DNA of 64,000 nt from Bdellovibrionota bacterium (GCA_050950765.1 JBMNIF010000003.1:32001-96000), one strand, 5' to 3'; positions 51,273 to 62,399 are shown, numbered from the stretch's first letter. Translations and numbers: made by a program. The notes: generated from the letters alone by a model not told the origin.

Positions 51273-52133
51273 TTAACTATCTTCAAGAGTCTGATCTACC
51301 TCTAGCCGCAACGCAATATCAACCCAAGTCGCAGCTGTGACCATAGCACTCGTTGAAACACACTTTACACCCAACTTTACTAATTTTTGCATCTTATCAG
51401 AATTAACCCGTCCCGAAACCTCAACTTGAAGTGTTGGTGCATTTTTTTCTAACCAGTTCAAAGCATCTCTTAGCGCCACCTCTTCCATATTATCTAGCAT
51501 AACGATTTCAGCGCCACCCTTAACAGCCTCCAACAACTCTTTCATGTTGCGAACTTCTACTTCAACGGGCATATAGATCGGTTTTTTCTCCATTACACGC
51601 TTTAAGATCTTATTAAGATCTCCAGCATTAACATCAATGTGGTTGTTTTTGATCAGAATCATATCAGAGAGGCTTTCACGGTGGCTACGCATTCCGCCAA
51701 TGCGTGCTGCATATTTCTCCAAAATCCTCCAAGCAGGGGTCGTTTTTCTCGTGTCAAGTACAGTCAAACCTTCAGCAGCCTCAACTAATTCTCTTGCCTT
51801 TGTTGCTACACCAGAAAGGTGTTGTAAAAAATTAAGGATAATCCTTTCAGCACTTAAAATATACTGCGCGCACCCCTGTAAGCGCCCAAAAACGGTTCCC
51901 TCTTTAAGATAATCACCATCTGCGAAATCAGATTCAAAGAGCACAGGCCAGCCCAACTCTTCAAAGATCAGATCAACCATAACGGTACCACAAAGAACAC
52001 AATCTTCTTTGACATACAGATATCCCGTCGCATCGATCTCAGGAGGTACTGTCAATTCACTTGTAATATCCCCACTTCCGAGATCCTCCTCTATCGCCAA
52101 TTGAATTAAACGCCTGATCTGGTTTTGCATCAC
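51273..52133 (-). CDS. nadC: Nicotinate-nucleotide pyrophosphorylase (carboxylating)
   Basis: EDLGSGDITS, AERIILNFLQ.LSGVAT, DTRKTTP, EVEV, MLDNM. Confidence 0.93.
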   Translation of the reverse strand: MMQNQIRRLIQLAIEEDLGSGDITSELTVPPEIDATGYLYVKEDCVLCGTVMVDLIFEELGWPVLFESDFADGDYLKEGTVFGRLQGCAQYILSAERIILNFLQHLSGVATKARELVEAAEGLTVLDTRKTTPAWRILEKYAARIGGMRSHRESLSDMILIKNNHIDVNAGDLNKILKRVMEKKPIYMPVEVEVRNMKELLEAVKGGAEIVMLDNMEEVALRDALNWLEKNAPTLQVEVSGRVNSDKMQKLVKLGVKCVSTSAMVTAATWVDIALRLEVDQTLEDS

Positions 52134-52205
52134 ACTCTCTCAGAAAATAAAAACACTCATTATGAAGGTATCAATAGTAATAAACCCACCTTATAAAGGA
52201 GCCGT

Positions 52206-55200
52206 TTATTGAAAAGTTAATACCAACCTCCCAAAAAGTTGCTCGACCTCATCACTTAACTCCTCTGAGGGGATAACTTTAATAAAACCACCTTCACCAT
52301 CTCCTAACTTTAGAGAAACCTCCTCATTTGTGCGAAATTGTACCTTCGCACAGATCGGACACGTTCCCTCATGCTTTTTTAAGATCTTTTTAAGGAGCTC
52401 TAAACGATCATCGAACTCGTCATCGGCTTTAAAAGACAACACTCCCTGCGTGGCTTTACGATCTCTGATATCAATCAAAGACTCCAGTTTTTCAACCACT
52501 AAAGTGCAACGACCTTCCCCCACATCGACCCTACCGGTGGCAACGATCGGATCATCAGCAACTAAGATATGTGAGTACTCGGCATAAACAGAGGGCCAAA
52601 CTATCGTTTCAACAGTCCCAAGCCAGTCTTCCAAGATAAAAGAGGCATAACGATCACCCTTCTTAGTGTTTTTTAAACGTAACGCTGTTACGACACCACC
52701 TACACTAACACTTTTTTGAGCTCCACCCTCTCTTAATTTTTCCGTTGTACACACCCCCAACCCTGCCAGAGCTAGTTTATATTTTTCTAAAGGATGACCC
52801 GAAATATAGAAACCGAGCGCCTCACGTTCAAAAGCTAATTTCTGATTGATCGGCCACTCCGGAGTATTTGTACGACGGCGTTGAATAGAAGTGAATTCGG
52901 CGCTACCAAAAAGTTCAATCTGCAAAGAGTCTTTATTTTTTTGTAGAGATTGCCCTGCCTTTAAAATATCATCAAGTGAATCAAACATCTCATGTCTTGA
53001 AACTTCACTAAAATCAAAAGCTCCACATTTAATAAAATTTTCTAAAACCCTTTTATTGATACTACGGAGATCAACTCTCGTAACAAAGTCCTCTAAATCT
53101 TTAAATGATCCATTAGCTTGACGTTCATCAACAACAGCTTGAGCAGCTTTATCTCCCACACCTTTAATCGCTGAAAGCCCGTAACGAATTTTACCGTCGG
53201 AAACAGAAAAATCAGAAGCACTGAGATTAACATCCGGCGGAAGAACATCAATCTTTCTGTTACGACACTCTGTTAAATTCTTCAGAGTTTTATCACTATC
53301 CTCCATTTCATGGGAAAGAAGCGCAGCCATAAACTCCACAGGATAGTGTGTTTTTAGATACGCTGTCTGATATGTCACCATAGCGTATGCGGCAGAGTGG
53401 CTACGGTTAAAGCCGTAACGGGCGAAGGTCTCCATCTGATCGAATATCTCTGTCGCTATCTCTCGTTTTGTACCGTTTTTTAAGGCTCCTTCAACAAAAT
53501 GCCCACGTTGTTTCGCCATCTCCTCGACCTTTTTCTTACCCATAGCACGTCGTAAGATATCAGCTTCTCCAAGTGAGTATCCTGCTAAAGATTGTACCAA
53601 CTGCATAATCTGCTCTTGATACAAGATAATTCCATAGGTATCTGCAAGTATCGGTTCCATTGATTCATGCAGATAATTGACCTCTTCCCTGCCCTGTTTA
53701 CGTTCAATGTAGCGATCAACCATCCCAGCATCTAACGGTCCAGGGCGGTACAGAGCTAAGATAGCGACTAGGTCATCAAAACAGCTCGGCTTTAAGCGCA
53801 TCGTCATCTCAGTAATACCGGAGCTCTCTAACTGAAAAACACCGATAGTTTCTCCTGAACACAACATCTCATAAGTTAGAGCATCATCAACTGGCAAATT
53901 ATCGATATCAATATCTTTCCCGTGAGTTTCCTTAATATGAGCTAAAGCAGCATAAATAACTGTTAAGGTCTTTAAGCCAAGAAAATCAAACTTTACTAAG
54001 CCCACCTTTTCAACATACTTAGCGGCGAATTGAGTTACGTCATTGCCATCTTTATCAACAAGTAGTGGTAAGGTTTCACTTAGAGGTTTTTCTCCGATCA
54101 CAACACCAGCGGCGTGTGTTGAAGTATGGCGGGTTAGCCCTTCTAATTTTAAAGCCAGATCTATCAGTTGTTTCCCCTCTCCTGCGGCATAATCAGCTAA
54201 CTTCTTCTCCATCTTGATAGCTTCTTCTAAGGGGCAATCTGCACCTTGACGGGGAGCAAGCACCAACTGTGCCACCCGATCTGTTTCTCCATAAGGGATC
54301 CCTAAAACACGCCCAACGTCTTTGATAACTCCCTTAGCTTTTAAGGTACCAAAGGTGCCGATCTGAGAAACACGATCTTTTCCGTAACGATTAGAGACGT
54401 ATTCGATGACACGACTACGTCCTTTAATACAGAAGTCCACGTCTATATCGGGAAGTGAAACACGTTCAGGATTTAAGAAACGTTCAAAGAGGAGTTTATG
54501 ACGAATCGGATCTATTGACGTTATACGCATAGCAAACGCCACTAAAGAACCGGCTGCACTACCACGCCCTGGTCCTACGGGTACGCCGTGATCTTTAGAC
54601 CAGTTGATAAAATCTGCCACTACCAAAAAATAACCGGCAAATCCCATAGTATCAATCAGACCTATCTCTCGTTCTAAGCGCTCTTCATAAACTTTGTGAT
54701 CTACAACAATGCCCTGTTCCTGCATCGTTTTTAATCTCGTCTCCAACCCAGCACGAGCTTTATCTGACATCGATTCAATCAAAGTCTTTCCAGGCTTTAA
54801 ATCATACTTAGGCATGAAGTATTTAGAGAAATCAAAGTGCAACTCACACTTCTCTGCGATGGCGACTGTATTTGAAATGGCACTTTCAACACTTTCTAGA
54901 GGGTAATCAGTACCAAAAGCTTCACGCATCTCATCAGCAGATCTTAAATAAAGCTCACAACCTTCATGCCTCATCCTGTCTGGATCTGTGATAAGTTTTC
55001 CGGTAGCGATACACATCAACACTTCTTGAGCAAAAGCATCTTCTTTTTTCAGATAGTGACAATCGTTTGTAGCAACTAGCTCCACCCCAAACTCTTTTGA
55101 GAGTGCAATGCAAGCTTTATTAATCTTTTTTTGCTCAGGGATCTGATGTGGTTGGATCTCAAGAAAAAAATCTTCTCCGAAAGTTTCTAAATAAAAATTA

Positions 55201-55685
55201 AGAGCTTTGTGTAACCCTTTTTCATCGTCAAGCTTGATATGGTGTGCCAATTCACCAGATAAACAGCCACTTAAAACGATTAGCCCTTCGCGATATTTTT
55301 GCAACAACTCATGATCAATACGGGGTTTAAAATAAAACCCCTCTTTATAGGCTAAAGTCGCTAGACGACATAAATTATGATAGCCGTCATTATTTTTTGC
55401 TAACACTGTTAAGTGATGTGTGGGGGCTCCGCCCTGTAATTTAGTCTTACGTTCGTGACGAGAAAGAGGATTAAGATAAAATTCGCAACCTAAAATAGAT
55501 TTAATTCCAACCGTTTGAGCTATATCGTAGAACTCCAGCACTCCGTGCATATTACCGTGATCGGTAATGGCGATAGCAGGTTGCCCCAGCTTTTTAGCCT
55601 CTTCTAAAACTTCCGGAATCTTATTGGCTCCATCCAGTAAACTATACTGTGTATGCAGATGCAGGTGTACAAATTGTGAACTCAC
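52206..55685 (-). CDS. dnaE: DNA polymerase III alpha subunit; start probably GTG 55685
   Basis: HLHLHTQYSLLDG, GPGRGSAAGS, PDIDVDF, KFDFLGL, YGFNRSH, OB fold. Confidence 0.98.
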   Translation of the reverse strand: MSSQFVHLHLHTQYSLLDGANKIPEVLEEAKKLGQPAIAITDHGNMHGVLEFYDIAQTVGIKSILGCEFYLNPLSRHERKTKLQGGAPTHHLTVLAKNNDGYHNLCRLATLAYKEGFYFKPRIDHELLQKYREGLIVLSGCLSGELAHHIKLDDEKGLHKALNFYLETFGEDFFLEIQPHQIPEQKKINKACIALSKEFGVELVATNDCHYLKKEDAFAQEVLMCIATGKLITDPDRMRHEGCELYLRSADEMREAFGTDYPLESVESAISNTVAIAEKCELHFDFSKYFMPKYDLKPGKTLIESMSDKARAGLETRLKTMQEQGIVVDHKVYEERLEREIGLIDTMGFAGYFLVVADFINWSKDHGVPVGPGRGSAAGSLVAFAMRITSIDPIRHKLLFERFLNPERVSLPDIDVDFCIKGRSRVIEYVSNRYGKDRVSQIGTFGTLKAKGVIKDVGRVLGIPYGETDRVAQLVLAPRQGADCPLEEAIKMEKKLADYAAGEGKQLIDLALKLEGLTRHTSTHAAGVVIGEKPLSETLPLLVDKDGNDVTQFAAKYVEKVGLVKFDFLGLKTLTVIYAALAHIKETHGKDIDIDNLPVDDALTYEMLCSGETIGVFQLESSGITEMTMRLKPSCFDDLVAILALYRPGPLDAGMVDRYIERKQGREEVNYLHESMEPILADTYGIILYQEQIMQLVQSLAGYSLGEADILRRAMGKKKVEEMAKQRGHFVEGALKNGTKREIATEIFDQMETFARYGFNRSHSAAYAMVTYQTAYLKTHYPVEFMAALLSHEMEDSDKTLKNLTECRNRKIDVLPPDVNLSASDFSVSDGKIRYGLSAIKGVGDKAAQAVVDERQANGSFKDLEDFVTRVDLRSINKRVLENFIKCGAFDFSEVSRHEMFDSLDDILKAGQSLQKNKDSLQIELFGSAEFTSIQRRRTNTPEWPINQKLAFEREALGFYISGHPLEKYKLALAGLGVCTTEKLREGGAQKSVSVGGVVTALRLKNTKKGDRYASFILEDWLGTVETIVWPSVYAEYSHILVADDPIVATGRVDVGEGRCTLVVEKLESLIDIRDRKATQGVLSFKADDEFDDRLELLKKILKKHEGTCPICAKVQFRTNEEVSLKLGDGEGGFIKVIPSEELSDEVEQLFGRLVLTFQ

Positions 55686-55882
55686 AAATACTCTCCCCCA
55701 AAAACGATCAGATGATTGCACATCTTCTCACAGGCGACCTTCTCTCTCAATCCCCTTCAAAAAATCAATAAAACTAAGTTATTATAATAGAGGTAATTAT
55801 TGAATTGATTTAAGGCTTTGAAGAGCTTCAATCTTTATTAAGTATGTACTATAAAGCTTAAGAAGATCTATCATAAAAAAAT

Positions 55883-56179
55883 ATGGGACGAAAATTTCAA
55901 AGACGCATTGAAACATTTACCTGCTTACATTGTGGAAGTGAGGTTCACGGTAACGGTTACACTAATCACTGCCCTAACTGTCTCTTTAGTCGACATGTAG
56001 ATATTTTTCCAGGAGATAGAGCCGAAACGTGTGGCGGGCTGATGCAGCCGGTGCGTGCCACCCTTCTTCACGGAGAGTTAATTATTGAGCACCGTTGTAT
56101 CAAGTGCGGTTACACTCGTAAAAATAAAGTTGCAGAAGATGATAATAAAGAGATCTTATATCCGCTTTTAAATTCCTAA
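55883..56179 (+). CDS. RNHCP-domain zinc-binding protein
   Basis: FTCLHCG, TNHCPNCLFSRHVD..PGDRA..CGG.M.P, HRCIKCG. Confidence 0.88.
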   Translation: MGRKFQRRIETFTCLHCGSEVHGNGYTNHCPNCLFSRHVDIFPGDRAETCGGLMQPVRATLLHGELIIEHRCIKCGYTRKNKVAEDDNKEILYPLLNS

Positions 56180-56209
56180 TCTTCCCTAAGCAAGGTTGTA
56201 AAAGAGAGC

Positions 56210-56983
56210 TTATTCTCTAGCAGCAACACTTTTTAATCCGAGAAAACCAGGAGCGCTCATCATCACTTTTGAGTTTCTATTTCCAACTTGCGCTAAGGCG
56301 TTGGCGCTGGAAAAGCTTAAGAGATGAAATTTAATGTGTGGCCACATCTTTTTAAAATATAAAACAGAATCTGAATAATATGAGAGATCGAAAACTCTAA
56401 AACCGTATTTTTCAACGAGATCTGGGATGGCACTTTTTCGATACGGTGTCTTATCCATAGTAGTCGGAATAGCCACAGCACCAACAGCATCGATCTTTGA
56501 GAGCACCTCTTCAAAGGGACGCTCCAGTAAATAATTAGCGTTACCGGCAGCGCTTTCAGGAACTCCTAAATCTCTTAAAAACTCCTCAACTTCTTTACTT
56601 CTAAAACTATCTGGGAAAAGACACAACAAAAGCACATCATTACACCCTGCCATAACACATCTGATAACGACTCCAGGGATAACTGTTACAGGAGTAGTTT
56701 TGGCGGCTTCTCTAACACGGTCGATATAACAACCGGTAAAATAGTCCGTCACTGCAATCACATCGAGCCCCTTAACCTTTGCTAGGCGCACCAAAGCTGG
56801 TGCAGTATCGATCCCTTCAAGCGCCATATACCCGAGTGAGGATGGACTATGGATACGTAGATCCATAACATACCCTTTCTTAGTGCCTTCATGTTCGATC
56901 TTGGCAGACAACTTACTCTTATTCGTATTACTCCCACTCTTTTCGATTTTTATCTGTTCTCTTAATGCACTTTTTTTTGTCAT
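56210..56983 (-). CDS. PHP-fold protein with degenerate metal ligands
   Basis: DLRIHS, AKVKGLDVIAVTDY, VIPGVVI match the PHP fold, but several His/Glu ligands are replaced. Confidence 0.7.
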   Translation of the reverse strand: MTKKSALREQIKIEKSGSNTNKSKLSAKIEHEGTKKGYVMDLRIHSPSSLGYMALEGIDTAPALVRLAKVKGLDVIAVTDYFTGCYIDRVREAAKTTPVTVIPGVVIRCVMAGCNDVLLLCLFPDSFRSKEVEEFLRDLGVPESAAGNANYLLERPFEEVLSKIDAVGAVAIPTTMDKTPYRKSAIPDLVEKYGFRVFDLSYYSDSVLYFKKMWPHIKFHLLSFSSANALAQVGNRNSKVMMSAPGFLGLKSVAARE

Positions 56984-57012
56984 CTCCCCCTTCTCCTTTA
57001 TTATATGAATTT

Positions 57013-57534
57013 TTAACGCATAAATTTTGCTCCAGAGATCGGTCTGTTCGAAACGATCCCCTCTCTTTGCTTTTGTGATCTTTCAGCGTCCTGCGCTGCT
57101 TCTTCGTCGCTAATTCTGTTTTGTGTTGAACGGCTTTCAGAAAGCATCGTTTTGATTGTAGCTAATTGCGATTCAATCCTATCTATATCTGATCCATTGG
57201 GAACTTTCTGAAGAGCATCCTGAATGCCATCTAATTTGACGATGATACTATTAAGTCTTGTTTGGAGGAGATCAAACTTACCTTCAAAGACTCTAAAATC
57301 GGTAACGGTAACCAGCCCTAACATCCTTCCAATTGTAGTGGCACTAATCTCAGCACCAAGTCTACCATCATTATCAGAAAGCACCTTGTTGGTGTTTTTA
57401 TCCAGCTCTTGTGTTGATTCATCTAATTTATTACGAGCTGCCGCAAACTTCTCCAACTTATGATTTAAATCTTCAGACTCATCAATCTTTTTATTTTCAC
57501 CACTTCCGCTATCTTCAGTCACGCCATCCCCCAT
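57013..57534 (-). CDS. Hypothetical coiled-coil protein
   Basis: 173-aa ORF with heptad-like helices. Confidence 0.65.
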   Translation of the reverse strand: MGDGVTEDSGSGENKKIDESEDLNHKLEKFAAARNKLDESTQELDKNTNKVLSDNDGRLGAEISATTIGRMLGLVTVTDFRVFEGKFDLLQTRLNSIIVKLDGIQDALQKVPNGSDIDRIESQLATIKTMLSESRSTQNRISDEEAAQDAERSQKQREGIVSNRPISGAKFMR

Positions 57535-57704
57535 CTGTATAAATTTTTACTGCCGTCTTGATGTACGATGAGGTTGTGTTTAAAGAAGATTCGGAAAAAT
57601 TAAGTGGAGGATTACTTAGGCTTTGAAGATAAAACAGGGGAAAATCCAAATATCTAAAAGATCGCTCTTTAACTCTTTTCTAGTGGGTGTTAGGTTATCA
57701 AGGT

Positions 57705-58829
57705 ATGAGTAAACCTTTTCCTGATATTATTGTTATTGGTGGCGGAGTTATCGGGCTTGCTTCTGCATGGAAGTTAGCACAACGTGGGGTCAGAGTTAAG
57801 CTTTTAGAGCGGAACTTCTGCGGCTGTGGTGCTTCAAATGCTTCAATGGGAGTGTTAGCGCCCCCGACACCACTTTCGCACAACCCTTTACAACTTATTC
57901 ACCGTAAAAGCCTAAGCATCTTCTCAGATTTTGTTGAAGATCTAGAAAACTGTTCTGGGATTAAGGTCAACTTCACTCGGTGCGGTTCTTTAGAAATCAT
58001 TCCCAGCGGAACTCAATATGAAAGAGCAAGAAGGGAAACACTTTTTACAAAAGAGAACACAACCGTAGAAAACTTGCCGAGTGTTCAAGTCCTATCCCCA
58101 AAAGAGGTCTTAGATCTGGAGCCGAGTGTCAATGTTTTAGAATATGGCGCTTTATATACCCCATCTGCAGCGAAGGTTGATGTCGAACCTTTTATTCAAG
58201 CTCTAAAAGCGGCGTGTCTTAATAGCGGAGTTGAGATAATTGAGGGGAAAGCAGTTGAAAAAATTATAGTAGCTAATGGCAGTGTTAACGGAGTGATAGT
58301 TTCAGGAAGTACCCTACCGTGTGCTAAAATATTAGCTGCCGCGGGAGTTTGGATGCCAGACTTAGGATCTCCTGTTAATACCTATACAACTATAACACCT
58401 GTTAGAGGTCAGGGAATTTTAATAAAATTTGCGGGGCTGCGCCGTATTATCAAGTGGCAAAAAGGGTATTTAGTACCGTATCCAAATAATACCGTCGCAC
58501 TAGGTGGTACTACCGAGAAAAAAGCTGGTTTTGATGAGAGCTGCACAGTTGATGGCATCGCAAGCATTTTAGAAAGAGCAAAAACTGTTTTCCCTGCCAT
58601 TACTCCTGCAACTTTTATTAAGCATTGGGCGGGACTACGCCCTGCCCCCGCGGATAGACGTCCTTTTATGGGACGAATACCGAACATAAACGGACTATCT
58701 GTTTCAGGTGGTCATTACAAGATCGGTTTTAGCTTAGTTCCATATTCATCAGAGGTTATAAGCCGCGCTATCTTAGCAGAGGAAGATCCTGCTGAACTTC
58801 TGCCATTTTCGCCACGGGAGGTGCATTGA
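57705..58829 (+). CDS. FAD-dependent oxidoreductase, glycine oxidase ThiO/DAO family; start probably ATG 57705
   Basis: IGGGVIG, GASNASMG, PVRGQ, WAGLRP, GHYKIG. Confidence 0.85.
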   Translation: MSKPFPDIIVIGGGVIGLASAWKLAQRGVRVKLLERNFCGCGASNASMGVLAPPTPLSHNPLQLIHRKSLSIFSDFVEDLENCSGIKVNFTRCGSLEIIPSGTQYERARRETLFTKENTTVENLPSVQVLSPKEVLDLEPSVNVLEYGALYTPSAAKVDVEPFIQALKAACLNSGVEIIEGKAVEKIIVANGSVNGVIVSGSTLPCAKILAAAGVWMPDLGSPVNTYTTITPVRGQGILIKFAGLRRIIKWQKGYLVPYPNNTVALGGTTEKKAGFDESCTVDGIASILERAKTVFPAITPATFIKHWAGLRPAPADRRPFMGRIPNINGLSVSGGHYKIGFSLVPYSSEVISRAILAEEDPAELLPFSPREVH

Positions 58830-58830
58830 G

Positions 58831-59376
58831 GTGGGAGAAAGTGTTCCAGCTAAACAGTGCTTATTTATTTTAGTTGCTTTTAGTCGCTATCAAGAGGCTT
58901 TAGAGTGGGGAGTGAATCAACTTACTTCTAAATTTGGCGCACCCCTACTTCAAAGTGGTGTATTACCTTTTAATGAGACGACTTATTACACCCCTGAGAT
59001 GGGGAGTGATTTACTGATACAACTTACTGCCTTTAATCTGATTGATCCGAGCACACTCTCTGCAATCAAAAATCACACTAACGAACTTGAGGTTATTTAT
59101 AAAGAAAACGTAACAGTGCCGGAGGAACGTCCTCTTAATTTAGATCCAGGTTATCTAAACGCAAATAAGTTTGTTTTGGCGACAACTAAAGATGCTAACC
59201 ACAGGCTTTATTTAGGAGATGGTATTTATGCAGAGAGCACCTTGTATTTTCAAAGTGCTGCTTGGCAAAACTGGTCATGGACATATAGAAACTATCAGCG
59301 GCAAGACCATAAAGATTTTTTATTAACTTGCAGAAAAGCTTTCTTAAAGGAGATCGCCTCCCCAAGCACCTTGTAA
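58831..59376 (+). CDS. DUF4416 family protein
   Basis: TYY.PEMG, RPLNLDPGY, LATTK...HR.YL..GIYAE. Confidence 0.8.
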   Translation: MGESVPAKQCLFILVAFSRYQEALEWGVNQLTSKFGAPLLQSGVLPFNETTYYTPEMGSDLLIQLTAFNLIDPSTLSAIKNHTNELEVIYKENVTVPEERPLNLDPGYLNANKFVLATTKDANHRLYLGDGIYAESTLYFQSAAWQNWSWTYRNYQRQDHKDFLLTCRKAFLKEIASPSTL

Positions 59377-59489
59377 GGATAATCAATAAAAATAGGTGAG
59401 ACTAATTTGACCTTTTAAAACCTTACTTTTCAATTCATACAACTTAGAGTATTAGAGAGATATCAATTTATAATAAACAGGTGATTCCT

Positions 59490-59738
59490 ATGGAGACAAG
59501 AGTAGCTATTATCGGCATAATCGTTAAAGATGGAAGTTCTGTGGAAGCTCTGAATCAACTTCTGCATGAATACAGAGACCATATCATCGGCAGAATGGGG
59601 CTACCCTATAAGGCGAAGGGTATCAATCTGATTAGCGTTGCTATTGATGCTCCGCAAGACACTATCAATAGCCTCTCTGGAAAGATCGGAAAGCTTGCAG
59701 GGGTTAGTTCAAGAACATCGTACGCCGATCCTGACTGA
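59490..59738 (+). CDS. TM1266-family iron-only hydrogenase system putative regulator
   Basis: RVAIIGIIV...LNQLLHEY..IIGRMGLPY...LSGKIG; leads the hydEGF cluster. Confidence 0.88.
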   Translation: METRVAIIGIIVKDGSSVEALNQLLHEYRDHIIGRMGLPYKAKGINLISVAIDAPQDTINSLSGKIGKLAGVSSRTSYADPD

Positions 59739-59762
59739 TATAGTGTAAGAGTTTTTCGCTCC

Positions 59763-60806
59763 ATGATCGGTACTTTAGAAAAAGAGCGTATTCTCAGCCG
59801 TGCTGACTTTAAAGAGTTACTTAGTAGCATCACTCAAAAAGATCGTGAGCTTCTTTTTGAACGTGCTAGAGGTGTACGTCACGCCGTTTACGGCAGAGAT
59901 GTTTTTGTGCGTGGCTTAATCGAGTTTAGTAATTACTGTAAAAATGATTGCTACTATTGCGGGATTAGGCGTAGCAACACCAAAGCTTCCCGTTATAGAC
60001 TTACGACAGAAGAGATCTTGGAGTCGTGTCAGATAGCTTATGAAAATGGCTTTCGTACCTTTGTTTTACAAAGTGGTGAGGACGCTTATTTTACCGATAA
60101 AAAAATCGTTGATTTAGTAAAAGAGATCAGGTCTCTCTTCCCTAGTTGTGCCATTACCCTCTCCATAGGGGAACGTGATAAGAAAGCTTATCAAGATTTT
60201 TTTGATGCAGGTGCTGAACGTTATCTATTAAGGGAAGAGAGCGCTAATCCTGTGCATTATGCCACGTTACACCCTTCTGGACAAAGTTTAGCCTCGAGGA
60301 AACGTGCTTTATTTAATTTAAAAGAGATCGGTTATCAGGTCGGTTGTGGTTTTATGGTTGGGTCTCCTTATCAAACGCTCGACCATATTATTGATGATTT
60401 AATTTTTATCCACGATCTAGATCCTCAGATGGTTGGGATAGGTCCGTTTATCCCACATCAAGATACCCCCTTTGCAAAGGCAGATACGGGAAGTGTTGAT
60501 CTAACTTTAACTCTGTTAGCTATTATCCGTTTAATGATCCCGACTGTTTTACTTCCGACCACAACAGCTCTCGCTACACTCCAAGTAGATGGCAGGATAC
60601 GCGGAATCTTAGCAGGTGCAAACGTTGTTATGCCGAACATAACCCCCCTCTCAGTTCGTAAAAAATACCTGATCTACGATAACAAAGCCTGCACAGACCT
60701 TGAAGCTGCTGAAGGATTTAACGAGATGAAAAAACAACTTGCAGATGTCGGATATCAGGTAGTTATCTCAAGGGGAGATTGCGCTTCTTTCCGTAAAGGC
60801 ATATAA
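59763..60806 (+). CDS. hydE: [FeFe] hydrogenase maturase HydE (radical SAM)
   Basis: RGLIEFSNYCKNDCYYCG, LQSGED, GIGPFIPH.DTP, GANVVMPN, YLIYDNK. Confidence 0.92.
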   Translation: MIGTLEKERILSRADFKELLSSITQKDRELLFERARGVRHAVYGRDVFVRGLIEFSNYCKNDCYYCGIRRSNTKASRYRLTTEEILESCQIAYENGFRTFVLQSGEDAYFTDKKIVDLVKEIRSLFPSCAITLSIGERDKKAYQDFFDAGAERYLLREESANPVHYATLHPSGQSLASRKRALFNLKEIGYQVGCGFMVGSPYQTLDHIIDDLIFIHDLDPQMVGIGPFIPHQDTPFAKADTGSVDLTLTLLAIIRLMIPTVLLPTTTALATLQVDGRIRGILAGANVVMPNITPLSVRKKYLIYDNKACTDLEAAEGFNEMKKQLADVGYQVVISRGDCASFRKGI

Positions 60807-60974
60807 TATTTAGTGTGATATACCGTTTAAAACGCTAGTCACACTGTAACCTAATGAGGAAGATTTTTTAATCGGAGCCACCACTTATATCTATTATTTA
60901 ATTTAGCTATTTAATCTTGGTTAATTCAATGGGGCGACTTCTGATTTCTCTGACTCAAAAGACAAGGAGTTATT

Positions 60975-62393
60975 ATGTACAATCCACATTCACTAAAAGC
61001 AGATGAGTTCATCTGCGATACCGAAGTTCTTGAAACCTTAAATTACGCAGAACAAAATAAAAACAATCTTAAATTAGTATCAGATCTACTAGAAAAAGCG
61101 CGGCTAAAAAAAGGGCTAACCCATAGAGAAGCTACTCTCTTACTTTGTTGTGAAGATAAGGAAAAAGTAGAGGAGATCTACACTCTTGCTAATGAAATTA
61201 AACAGGCTTTTTATGGCAATAGGATTGTAATCTTTGCCCCTCTCTACCTTTCAAATTATTGCATCAATGGGTGTGTTTATTGTCCGTATCATTTAAAAAA
61301 TAAACATATTCCGAGAAAAAAGCTTTCTCAAGAGGAGATTAAAAGAGAAGTTATCGCATTACAGGATATGGGTCATAAACGGCTTGCCATTGAAGCTGGA
61401 GAAGATCCTATCAACAATCCGATTGAGTATATCCTTGAATCTATCAATACAATTTACAGTATAAAACATAAAAACGGTGCGATCAGACGTGTTAATGTTA
61501 ATATCGCTGCCACAACAGTCGAAAATTATACAAAATTAAAAGAGGCTGGGATCGGTACCTATATCCTCTTTCAGGAAACGTATAACAAAAAACGTTACGA
61601 AGAGTACCATCCGACGGGACCAAAACACGACTACGCTTATCATACAGAAGCTATGGATCGAGCTATGCAAGGCGGCATTGATGATGTTGGTCTGGGCGTT
61701 CTCTTTGGACTTGAACAGTACAAATATGAGTTTGCGGCTCTTTTGATGCACGCTGAACACCTTGAAGCAGTTCATGGAGTTGGTCCCCATACTATTAGTG
61801 TGCCGAGAATAAAACGTGCTGACGATATTGATCCCTCTGTTTTTGATAATGGAATAAGTGATGATATCTTTGCTAAGATCTGTGCCTGTATTCGAATTGC
61901 CGTGCCCTACACCGGCATGATTATCTCGACTAGAGAAAGTAAAGAAGTTCGAGAGAAGGTTATCCATCTTGGTGTTTCTCAGATTAGTGGTGCTTCAAGA
62001 ACTAGTGTCGGAGGTTATGCGGAAGTGGAGCCAGAAGATGCCTCTTCAGCGCAATTTAATATCAGTGACACTAGAACCTTAGATGAGGTCATTAAATGGT
62101 TAATAGAGATCGGCTATATTCCTAGCTTCTGCACAGCGTGTTATCGAGAAGGGAGGACAGGTGATAGGTTTATGAGTCTCTGCAAAAGCGGGCAGATCCA
62201 AAATTGTTGTCATCCAAATGCCCTATTAACTCTTAAGGAATACGCCGAAGATTATGCTGCTCCAGATACGAAGGTGTTGGCTGATTCTTTGATAAAAAAG
62301 GAGTTGCAAAAAATCCCGAATGATAAGATCCGTGAAATTGCAACAAGCAATATTCATCAGATTGAAAACAATAAACGAGATTTCAGATTTTAG
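60975..62393 (+). CDS. hydG: [FeFe] hydrogenase maturase HydG (radical SAM)
   Basis: APLYLSNYCINGCVYC, LFQETY, GPHTISVPR, C-terminal SFCTACYR..RTG...CCHPNA. Confidence 0.96.
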   Translation: MYNPHSLKADEFICDTEVLETLNYAEQNKNNLKLVSDLLEKARLKKGLTHREATLLLCCEDKEKVEEIYTLANEIKQAFYGNRIVIFAPLYLSNYCINGCVYCPYHLKNKHIPRKKLSQEEIKREVIALQDMGHKRLAIEAGEDPINNPIEYILESINTIYSIKHKNGAIRRVNVNIAATTVENYTKLKEAGIGTYILFQETYNKKRYEEYHPTGPKHDYAYHTEAMDRAMQGGIDDVGLGVLFGLEQYKYEFAALLMHAEHLEAVHGVGPHTISVPRIKRADDIDPSVFDNGISDDIFAKICACIRIAVPYTGMIISTRESKEVREKVIHLGVSQISGASRTSVGGYAEVEPEDASSAQFNISDTRTLDEVIKWLIEIGYIPSFCTACYREGRTGDRFMSLCKSGQIQNCCHPNALLTLKEYAEDYAAPDTKVLADSLIKKELQKIPNDKIREIATSNIHQIENNKRDFRF

Positions 62394-62399
62394 TTTATT

